DNA of 10,884 nucleotides from a candidate division WOR-3 bacterium (lineage in GTDB: Bacteria; Hydrothermota; Hydrothermia; LBFQ01). The stretch covers positions 1 through 10,884 of the forward strand of contig JALUCS010000082.1 of the NCBI GenBank assembly GCA_027050205.1, given 5' to 3'. Made by a program: the position numbers and the translations under genes. Within the stretch, counting starts at the first letter, position 1, and each line of letters begins with the position of its first letter. Shown one piece after another: positions 1-7,359 of this stretch. The notes under the pieces are model-generated. The model worked only from the letters and a program-made list of their open reading frames with translations, was not told the origin of the DNA and did no database searches.

Positions 1-453
1 GGGTACGGCGTCCTCGGTGGCGTCTTCGCGGGCTTCGCCCGCTCCCTCTGGCCCAACGTCCTGTACGAACCTCCCAAGAGGTTCAAACTCGGCAAACCCG
101 AGGACCTCGCCGAAGGCGTGAACTTCTTCCCGGAGCAGCGACTCTTCGTCTTCAAGAAGAACGGTGTGCTGTGGGCCATATCCGCCATATGCCAGCACCT
201 CGGCTGTACCGTGAACTTCGTCCAGCTCCCCCAGCCCAAGGTCCTAAAGGTGGGTCGCCTTGAGATAAAGGAGGAGTGGGAGTTTCACTGTCCGTGCCAC
301 GGGTCCAAGTACGCCGGGGACGGTACCATATACGCCGGCCCTGCTCCCCGTGGGCTACCCCACTACTACATAGAGATAGACCCCGCCACCGGTATGTTGG
401 TCGTGGATACCTCCAAGGAGGTTCCCAAGGACTGGCGCTTCAAGCTCGCCTGA
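1..453 (+). CDS. qcrA: Rieske 2Fe-2S subunit of a Rieske/cytochrome b complex (5'-truncated by the window edge)
   Basis: Frame 1 is open from base 1 (GYGVLGGVFAGFARSLWPNVLYEPPKRFKLGKPEDL..., the end of the TM anchor), so the ORF-track start at 118 is internal. Rieske boxes are CQHLGC (190-207) and CPCHGSKY (289-312), followed by GPAPRGL. It lies directly upstream of cytochrome b. Confidence 0.96.
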   Translation, partial: GYGVLGGVFAGFARSLWPNVLYEPPKRFKLGKPEDLAEGVNFFPEQRLFVFKKNGVLWAISAICQHLGCTVNFVQLPQPKVLKVGRLEIKEEWEFHCPCHGSKYAGDGTIYAGPAPRGLPHYYIEIDPATGMLVVDTSKEVPKDWRFKLA

Positions 454-467
454 GGAGGTAGAGAAAA

Positions 468-1721
468 ATGAGCCTAAAGGAGCGACTTTATAAGGTATGG
501 AGGGCGCTCGTTTGGACCTTTGACCCAGCCGACAGGGCGGAGGCCGGTAAGGCCATCACCAAGAACTTCTGGCTCCACTGGTTCCCCCCCCGTATGACCA
601 AGAAGTCCCTAAGCTGGTCCTACAGCTTCTGGCTCGGCACCATCTCCTGGATGCTCTTCGTCATCCTCACCATCACGGGCGTCGTCCTGATGTTCTTATA
701 CATCCCCTCTGTTGAGAGGGCTTACTGGACGATAAAGGACCTGGAGTACGCCGTCTCCTGGGGCTGGTTCCTCCGGAACATGCACCGCTGGGCCGCCCAC
801 ATGATGGTCGCTGCCGTCTTCCTGCATATGCTCCGCGTCTTCTACACGGGTGCCTACAAGAACGGCATAAGCCACGCCGCCCGTCGTGAGATAAACTGGA
901 CGGTGGGTATGATCCTCCTCGTCCTCACCCTCCTGCTCTCCTATACCGGATACCTCCTCCCCTGGGACCAGCTGGCCTACTGGGCTATCACCATCGGCGT
1001 CCAGATAGCTAACTCCGTCCCCATAATAGGCCCCAAAATCAAGTTCGTAATGGCCGGCGGTACGGAGTTGGGCCAGCCCACCCTCATAAGGTTCTACGCC
1101 CTTCACGTTATGGGCCTGCCTCTGGCCCTGCTCCTTCTCTTCTCCTACCACATGTGGCGTATCCGTAAGGATGAAGGTCTGGCGGTCGTGGAGCAGTTCC
1201 GTCTGGCCAAGAAGCGGAAGGATCTGCAGATAGACACCTCCGGTGAGGAGCCGGTATATTCCACACCTTGGGCCGTCCGCCGCATAGTCCTGGTGGGTCT
1301 GGCCACCCTCGTGTGGGTGATGTTCCTCGCCACCTTCCTTGACTCCCCCCTTGAGGAGCCAGCCGATCCGAGCTGGACTCCCAACCCCGCCAAGGCCCCG
1401 TGGTACTTCCTCTGGCTCCAGGAGCTGCTCGCCATCACCACCATACGTACCCCTTGGTTCACCATCAACGGCGGTTTCGTGGGTGGTGTCCTGATACCGG
1501 GCCTCATGGGTCTGGCCGCCACGGTCTGGGCCTTCATAGACAAGTCTCCTCCGGAGGCTACCGGCGTCTGGTTCCACAAGAGCAGGACCGTACAGAACAT
1601 CGTCTTCACCCTCGGCGTCCTCTTCATCGTTGGCCTGATAATCTTCGCTATGTACTTCCGCGGACCTAACTGGAACGTATATTGGCCTTGGGCCTGGCCG
1701 GAGCAGCCGGAGATAATCTAA
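468..1721 (+). CDS. qcrB: Cytochrome b (b6 and subunit IV-like domains fused, ~7 TM helices)
   Basis: Heme-ligand motifs RNMHRWAAH...LHMLRVF and RFYALH...YH; SYTGYLLPWDQLAYWA; Qo-loop region NPAKAPWYFL; Shine-Dalgarno GGAGGT just after the Rieske stop. Confidence 0.96.
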   Translation: MSLKERLYKVWRALVWTFDPADRAEAGKAITKNFWLHWFPPRMTKKSLSWSYSFWLGTISWMLFVILTITGVVLMFLYIPSVERAYWTIKDLEYAVSWGWFLRNMHRWAAHMMVAAVFLHMLRVFYTGAYKNGISHAARREINWTVGMILLVLTLLLSYTGYLLPWDQLAYWAITIGVQIANSVPIIGPKIKFVMAGGTELGQPTLIRFYALHVMGLPLALLLLFSYHMWRIRKDEGLAVVEQFRLAKKRKDLQIDTSGEEPVYSTPWAVRRIVLVGLATLVWVMFLATFLDSPLEEPADPSWTPNPAKAPWYFLWLQELLAITTIRTPWFTINGGFVGGVLIPGLMGLAATVWAFIDKSPPEATGVWFHKSRTVQNIVFTLGVLFIVGLIIFAMYFRGPNWNVYWPWAWPEQPEII

Positions 1722-1736
1722 GGAAGGAGGTGAAAG

Positions 1737-3188
1737 ATGGAGAATAAGAACGTTCCGAACAACCCTGAAAAGCAGCCCCAGACTCCTCCGAAGAAGCCGG
1801 CGGCCAAGCCCGCCGCTGCTAGGAGGCCAAAGCTACCGGACGTAAAGGACGACCCCTTCCCGATGGACTCCTGGCTCATCTACGGGATCGCCATAATCGG
1901 CGCCTTCATATTCGCCGTAGCGGCTTACAAGGAGCTTAACCCGGAGTACAAGAAGTACCAGGTTGAGTTTAAAAAGCTCGTAGAGAAGAAGTTCGGTAAG
2001 GAGGCGGCGGCCAAGGTACCCATGGGGGTCCAGCAGATCTGGGTTAAGGACCTCAACCGTGTGGACAGGTGTATCACCTGCCACATGGGGTACGAGTGGA
2101 AGGGCCTTGAGGGGGAGGACGTCCCGGAGGTCTTTCGCACCCATCCCGACCTTGACGGCCTCATAGCCAAACACCCCTTCAAGGACTACGGTTGTACCAC
2201 CTGCCACGGCGGTCAGGGGTACGCCACCAACATGAAGGAGGCCCACGTAATCCAGAAGGGCAAGAAGGTCAGGTGGTTGGAGCCTCTCCTCGGCAAGGAG
2301 AAGTCCAAGGAGTACGGCTTTGAGGACTGGCAGAAGATGCCCCTGATGGAGATCAACTGCAACACCTGCCACCGCCACCAGGACTCGCTGCCCGGCACCC
2401 CTTACATCAACCTCGCCAAGAAACTCTTCAAGGAGAAGGGCTGTATAGGGTGCCACAAGCTCTTCGGTGAGGGAGGAGACATAGGCCCGGACCTGACCTA
2501 CGAAGGCTCAAAGTCGGCCGAGATGTTTGACATCCACGCCCCCTACTACGTCATAAAGGACGGGAAGCCCGTACCCTCCGGAAGGACAATAGCCGAGGAG
2601 ATGAAGCGCAGGGGCCTACCCCTATCCGTGTTCTCCTGGCACCTCCTCCACTTTGAGAACCCCAAGAGCATAACCCCCACCTCCGCCATGCCCAACTTCG
2701 GTTTCAGCGACAAGGAGAGAAGGGCCCTCGCTATGTTAGTGATGTCCTGGAAGAAGGTCACCCTCCCGGCCAAGTATATCCCGAAGGCCACGAGCGCCTC
2801 CACCTCCCAGCCCTCGGAAGAGGGTAAGTCCGACACCTCCGCCATGAAGACGGACACCACAGCCGGAGAGGAGGCCACTGCCAACCTCACCTACGACGAG
2901 GCTCTGGCCAAGAAGGGTGAGGAGCTGTTTGACAAGAAGGGCTGTACGGCCTGCCACGACCTTGACACCCGTAAGGTTGGGCCACCGCTCCGTGAGGTGG
3001 TCCTCCGCAGGGACCCGGAGTGGATTAAGCACATGATAATGAAGCCCGACAGCATGATCCTCCACGACCCCACCGCCCAGCAGCTCCTTCAGGAGTACAG
3101 CGTCCCCATGACCAACCAGAACGTCTCCGAGGAGGAGGCGAAGGCCATCATAGAGTTCTTCAAGAAGGCGGCGAGCGAGAAGAAGTGA
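1737..3188 (+). CDS. Membrane-anchored pentaheme cytochrome c subunit of the Rieske/cyt b complex, with a C-terminal tethered class I cytochrome c domain
   Basis: Five CxxCH motifs (CITCH, CTTCH, CNTCH, CIGCH, CTACH), one N-terminal TM helix (SWLIYGIAIIGAFIFAVAAY), a Ser/Thr/Glu-rich linker before the last domain, and SD GGAGGTG upstream. Confidence 0.93.
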   Translation: MENKNVPNNPEKQPQTPPKKPAAKPAAARRPKLPDVKDDPFPMDSWLIYGIAIIGAFIFAVAAYKELNPEYKKYQVEFKKLVEKKFGKEAAAKVPMGVQQIWVKDLNRVDRCITCHMGYEWKGLEGEDVPEVFRTHPDLDGLIAKHPFKDYGCTTCHGGQGYATNMKEAHVIQKGKKVRWLEPLLGKEKSKEYGFEDWQKMPLMEINCNTCHRHQDSLPGTPYINLAKKLFKEKGCIGCHKLFGEGGDIGPDLTYEGSKSAEMFDIHAPYYVIKDGKPVPSGRTIAEEMKRRGLPLSVFSWHLLHFENPKSITPTSAMPNFGFSDKERRALAMLVMSWKKVTLPAKYIPKATSASTSQPSEEGKSDTSAMKTDTTAGEEATANLTYDEALAKKGEELFDKKGCTACHDLDTRKVGPPLREVVLRRDPEWIKHMIMKPDSMILHDPTAQQLLQEYSVPMTNQNVSEEEAKAIIEFFKKAASEKK

Positions 3189-3207
3189 GGGAAGCCTTTA
3201 CGTTTTT

Positions 3208-3233
3208 CGGGGGGCGCAAGGCCCCCCGTTTTT
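3208..3233 (+). terminator. Intrinsic terminator of the Rieske/cyt b/cyt c operon
   Basis: Stem CGGGGGGC (3208-3215) / GCCCCCCG (3221-3228), loop GCAAG, followed by TTTTT, about 20 nt after the cytochrome c stop. Confidence 0.9.
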
Positions 3234-3301
3234 GTTGATGTTGGTATGGCGATGTGTTGGTATTGGTCTGATAGAGGGATAGACCGAAGGTCCGTCTGCA
3301 C

Positions 3302-3366
3302 CTTCAAAAACTGAAAGTCGGACTTCAAGAAACTGAAACTTGGACTTTAAGAAATTGTAAGTTGTA
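3302..3366. repeat. Three degenerate 21-22 bp tandem repeats
   Basis: CTTCAA-AAACTGAAAGTCGGA / CTTCAAGAAACTGAAACTTGGA / CTTTAAGAAATTGTAAGTTGTA, contiguous with no spacers. Confidence 0.7.
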
Positions 3367-4015
3367 TTTCGGGATTTTTGTACTCCCCATTAACGAACTT
3401 TGAACGACACGGTACGCAGTCCATTTCCGGAAGGTTGAAACCGATTTTTTGTGGAATACGAGGTGCAATTGATAGAAGTTACCAATCCGGGATATTCAAC
3501 GTATTGAGCGAGGCAACTTCCGAAGAGCCATCAGCATAAAAAATCCCCCACATCACCGGTGCCAAGCTGAAGCCGGGTTACCGATTTTCTGAAGTCAAAT
3601 TGCGATTGCGTTCTATGGGCGTAATACCCGGCTTCCAATCCCTTGGAGGGGGGATGCCGTACCCGATTTGTAATGCACCAAAAGGCCAGGTGTTGTAATA
3701 TTTGTTCTATTGCAGAAAAATTACGTATTTTTATGAGTTTATGACTTGTATGGCAAAATTTTGCTCAAAAATTGATGCATATGATCGTTGCTGTCTTGAA
3801 GATACGACATCAAAATCTACAGCAGGGATTACGACCGAACCCTTCACCATTCCGGAAAGAGCAGGGTTCGAACGGTGGGCTATTCCCTCATTAGCGAAAT
3901 ACCCAATCCAGGTTTGAGATCTTTTCATCCGCAATACCGAAAGTTCCGTTTCAACGGAGCCTTGGAGACCGCATCGTATCATCCGACGAAACCAGATAAG
4001 AAGGCTCTTCGTGGA

Positions 4016-4027
4016 TAAAATTGGGGG
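4016..4027 (+). promoter_or_regulatory. Putative -10 box of a leaderless promoter
   Basis: TAAAAT (4016-4021) lies 6 nt before the ATG at 4028, with no properly spaced SD. Confidence 0.5.
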
Positions 4028-4258
4028 ATGTTTGAACTTCTCCTCTTCGCCTTCGCCCTCTTCTCCTTCCCCGCCTTTATAGGATTCATCACCCCGTCCG
4101 CCCTCATCGGGGTGCGATGGAGCCTCGCCCTTAGCATCCTCTCCGCCCTCCTCGGCCACTTCGTAAGCCCTTGGATATTCTGGGGATGGTTCATCATCCT
4201 GTCCCTCCTCGGGTTATTTATGGGCTACATAACCTTAGCCAACGGCTTCGGGGACTAA
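4028..4258 (+). CDS. Small hypothetical integral membrane protein (76 aa, ~3 TM)
   Basis: Almost entirely hydrophobic; C-ending codon usage (CTC, TTC, GCC) matches the core genes; -10 box upstream; stop overlaps the convergent RND stop by 4 bp. Confidence 0.7.
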   Translation: MFELLLFAFALFSFPAFIGFITPSALIGVRWSLALSILSALLGHFVSPWIFWGWFIILSLLGLFMGYITLANGFGD

Positions 4259-7200
4259 TCCTCTTCCCCGTACCTCTTCGGCGACAGGATGGTGTAGGCC
4301 ACCGGCACCACCACTAAGGTGGTGATGAGGGAGAAGAGGAGACCGCCGGAGAGGGCGACGCCCAGACCCTCCCAGAACTCCGACCCCTCCAACCTGAGTA
4401 TGGCCAGAGGCAGGACGCCGAATGCGGTCGTCAGGGCGGACATCAGGACGGGCCTCAACCTCCGCCTTGAAGCCTCAACTATCGCCGTTTCTCTATCCTT
4501 CCCCCTCCTCCGCAGGATGTTGGCGTAGTCCACGAGGACGATGGCGTTGTTCACGACCACGCCAACGAGGGCGATGAGGCCGACGAAGGCCGTCATGGTG
4601 AAGGGCCTGCCGAGTATCAGGAAGCCGAGGGAGGCTCCAGCGAGGCCGAAGGGGACGCTGGTCAGGAAGATTATGAAGGCCTGGCGGAAGCTCTCAAACT
4701 GGGCGGAGACCGTCAGGAAGATTATGATGAGGGCGAGGACGAGGAGGATGCCGAGCTGCTTGAAGCTCTTCGCCATACGCCTGAAGGTGCCTCCGAACTC
4801 GTAGTGATACCCCAGGGGCATCTGGACCTTTGAGAGTTTGGCCGATAGCTCCCTCCTTATCTCACCGAGGGGCCGGCCGGCCGGCTCGGCGGAGACCTCA
4901 ACGTACCTGATCCTGTTCCTCCGGTCTATCCGTACGGAGGCCTTCCCCTCCTTGAACCTGACGAAGTTGGCGAGGGGGACCGTACCGGCGGGGGTCTTTA
5001 TGCCGAGGGAGAGGACGTCCTCAACGCTCTCCCTGTACTCCGGGGCCAGCCTCATCACCACGTCAAGGTTCTTGCCGCCCGTCTTAAGGGTGAAGATGGT
5101 CCTGCCCTGAACGGCGTACCTGAGGTAGTTGGCCACCTGAAACGGGGTTATACCGTAGGTGTATGCCTTCTCCCTGTCAATCTCGGCCACGTACTCCGGG
5201 GAGGGCTTCCCTCTGGAGACCGTCACGCTCCTCACCCCTTTGACGCTCCTGACGACGTCAGCCACCACCCGGGCCAGACTGTCAAGGGTACGCAGGTCCT
5301 CACCGTATATCTCCACGGACACCCCCTTACCGCCACCGAACATGAGCTGGGAGCCGTGTCCCGTCGTTGATATGCTGTACTCCTCAAGCCCCGGCACCCT
5401 CTTAACCATCCCCTCAACAATATCGGCCACCTCCTCCGAGGAGTGCCTCCTCTTACCTCTCGGCTTGAGCTTTACGGTTATCTCCCCCGTATATGAGGCT
5501 TCGGTGGTACCGAATAGGGTGGCGAAACCCGTCTCGGAGGGACCCACCCGCAGGACCGCCCTCTCAACGTCCGGTATGGCCCTTATGCTGTCGTACAGGG
5601 GGCGGAGGGTCCTGAAGGTCTTCTCAAGGGACGTCCCCCTCTCAAGGTGGATACTCACCGTCAGCCTCCCCTCGTCCAGTTTGGGCATGAAGTCCACCTT
5701 TACGAAACGCCAGAGCGAGCCTACGAGGAGCAACAGGAGGACGGACAGGCCGGTGTAAAGCCATCGGTGCCTTACGATGTGGGCGACGAAGCGGCCGTAA
5801 AGCTCCTCAACGGGGATAAACCAGGAGGGTTCTCCCCTCGGTGATAGGCGGAGCTGGTTGGCGGAGAGGGAGGGGGATACGGTCAGGGCGAGGAAGAGGC
5901 TCGTAGCATACACGATTATGGTTATCATGGCCAGCTCCTTGAAGAGGACCCCGATGAAGCCGGGGACGAACAGGAGGGGGAAGAGGACGATGAAGTTGGT
6001 GACCGTTGCGGCGGTTATGGCTCCCCCGACCTCTCTTGTGGCGAATATGGCCGCCTCCCTTGGAGGCTCCCCCTTGAGGCGGTGGAAGAAGACGTTCTCA
6101 ACGACCACTATGGCGGCATCCACGACGCTACCCACGGCTATGGCCATGGCGGAGAGGGAGATCATGTTGATGGAGCTGCCCGTCAGGTAGAGGTAGAGGA
6201 AGGAGAGGGTCAGCGAGGAGGGTATGGTCAGGGCTATGATGAGGGCGGACCTCCACTCCAACAGGAAGAGGAAGGTTATTATTACGACGATGATGGAAGC
6301 GAGGAGGAGGGTACGGGCGAGGTTCTTGACGGACGTCCGTATGAAGGTGGAGCCGTCCGTATATACGGTGAATTTGACGGGATAGTACTTTTCCAGCTCC
6401 TTGAACTTCTTCCGTACGCCGTCCGCCACCTTAACGGCATTAGCGTCCGCCTGTTTCTGGACGGCGAAGAATACCGCCTCCCTGTTCCCGCTAAGTACGT
6501 AGCTCTTCCTCTCGGCGTAGCCGTCCTCAACCCTCGCCACCTCCTCAAGGTATACCGGCCTCCCCCCTATGTACCCCACAACAGCCCTTTTCAGGTCCTC
6601 AACGCTCTTGAGGGTGGAAGGCACCCTCACCACCATCTGCCTCTCCTCTAACTTCAGCTCACCGGCCGGGACGTCTATGCTCTGGGCCTGTAGCAGTCTG
6701 GCTATATCGTCAAACGTCAGGCCGTAGGCCTCAAGTCTTCTCCTGTCAACGTAGACGTTTATCTGTCTCCTCCGACCACCGCCAAAGATGAGGATGGAGC
6801 CGACCCCGTCCACCTTCTGGAGCTGGTCCTCCATGACCTCCTCCGCCCAGTACCGGGCGTCAAAACCGGAGTCGGTGGCATACACCCCTGCCACTATCAC
6901 GGGGAACTGTCCGACGTCAAACTTGAACACCAGAGGCTCCTCTATGTCCCTTGGGAGGCGGGGGCGGGCGAAGTTCAGCTTGTCCCTCACGTCTACGGCC
7001 GCCTGATCCATGTCCGTGCCGTACTTGAAGGTGATGGTTATCGCCCCTACACCGTTCTGGCTGGTACTCTTAATCTCGTCTACGTTCTCAAGGACGGAGA
7101 AGTCCTTCTCAAGGACGTCTATGACGTTCTTCTCTATGTCTTCGGGTGAGGCTCCGGGGTACCGGATTATCACGGAGACGGAGGGGAGGGAGAAGTTGGG

Positions 7201-7305
7201 GAACAGGTCTATGGACAGGTTCATCAGGCCGAAGGCCCCTGCTATGATCATCAGCAGAAGGATGACCAGCGAGAATACGGGTCGCCTTACGAAGAAAGAG
7301 GTCAT
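4255..7305 (-). CDS. AcrB/AcrD/AcrF-family RND efflux transporter permease (~1016 aa)
   Basis: N-terminus FFVRRPVFSLV...LSIDLFPN; TM4 AVGSVVDAAIVVVEN; TM10 GVVVNNAIVLVDY; TM11 RRRLRPVLMS; typical length. Start reassigned to the ATG at 7305, because the ORF-track extension to 7344 runs over the promoter/operator. Confidence 0.96.
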   Translation of the reverse strand: MTSFFVRRPVFSLVILLLMIIAGAFGLMNLSIDLFPNFSLPSVSVIIRYPGASPEDIEKNVIDVLEKDFSVLENVDEIKSTSQNGVGAITITFKYGTDMDQAAVDVRDKLNFARPRLPRDIEEPLVFKFDVGQFPVIVAGVYATDSGFDARYWAEEVMEDQLQKVDGVGSILIFGGGRRRQINVYVDRRRLEAYGLTFDDIARLLQAQSIDVPAGELKLEERQMVVRVPSTLKSVEDLKRAVVGYIGGRPVYLEEVARVEDGYAERKSYVLSGNREAVFFAVQKQADANAVKVADGVRKKFKELEKYYPVKFTVYTDGSTFIRTSVKNLARTLLLASIIVVIITFLFLLEWRSALIIALTIPSSLTLSFLYLYLTGSSINMISLSAMAIAVGSVVDAAIVVVENVFFHRLKGEPPREAAIFATREVGGAITAATVTNFIVLFPLLFVPGFIGVLFKELAMITIIVYATSLFLALTVSPSLSANQLRLSPRGEPSWFIPVEELYGRFVAHIVRHRWLYTGLSVLLLLLVGSLWRFVKVDFMPKLDEGRLTVSIHLERGTSLEKTFRTLRPLYDSIRAIPDVERAVLRVGPSETGFATLFGTTEASYTGEITVKLKPRGKRRHSSEEVADIVEGMVKRVPGLEEYSISTTGHGSQLMFGGGKGVSVEIYGEDLRTLDSLARVVADVVRSVKGVRSVTVSRGKPSPEYVAEIDREKAYTYGITPFQVANYLRYAVQGRTIFTLKTGGKNLDVVMRLAPEYRESVEDVLSLGIKTPAGTVPLANFVRFKEGKASVRIDRRNRIRYVEVSAEPAGRPLGEIRRELSAKLSKVQMPLGYHYEFGGTFRRMAKSFKQLGILLVLALIIIFLTVSAQFESFRQAFIIFLTSVPFGLAGASLGFLILGRPFTMTAFVGLIALVGVVVNNAIVLVDYANILRRRGKDRETAIVEASRRRLRPVLMSALTTAFGVLPLAILRLEGSEFWEGLGVALSGGLLFSLITTLVVVPVAYTILSPKRYGEED

Positions 7306-7314
7306 TGGCCGGAT

Positions 7315-7344
7315 ATTATACGGGCGATTTGAACGATCGTTCAA
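7315..7344 (-). promoter_or_regulatory. Sigma70-type promoter of the RND gene
   Basis: Minus strand reads TTGAAC-N18-TATAAT-N9-ATG, with no Shine-Dalgarno before the ATG. Confidence 0.7.
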
Positions 7345-7345
7345 A
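7328..7345. promoter_or_regulatory. Perfect 18-bp palindromic operator, probably for a TetR-family repressor
   Basis: TTTGAACGATCGTTCAAA is its own reverse complement and covers the -35 box and spacer of the RND promoter. Confidence 0.75.
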
Positions 7346-7359
7346 AACGCCGCGAGGCC

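Noticed and set aside
276..3328. Alternative-frame and antisense ORFs over the respiratory operon (e.g. 696..1577, 1145..1627, 1833..2456)
   Set aside because: Shadow ORFs caused by GC-rich codon bias; they overlap well-supported genes and have no motifs.
3302..3960. CRISPR array (tandem repeats; GTTGAAAC and GTTTCAAC words)
   Set aside because: No identical repeats separated by unique spacers of regular length, and no cas genes.
3450..4018. oriC or dif site
   Set aside because: Only isolated imperfect DnaA-box-like words (near 3450 and 4010), no cluster and no dnaA context, and no match to the XerC/XerD arm pattern.
3702..4197. ORFs 3702..3917 (+), 3731..4159 (-) and 3979..4197 (-)
   Set aside because: No RBS or recognisable motifs and atypical codon usage; the minus-strand ones are partly the antisense of the 76 aa membrane gene.
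7306..7344. N-terminal extensions given by the ORF track (RND to 7344; likewise P1 to 9499 and P3 to 10822)
   Set aside because: They rely on non-ATG starts running over promoter-like sequence; the downstream ATGs fit family or paralog N-termini better.
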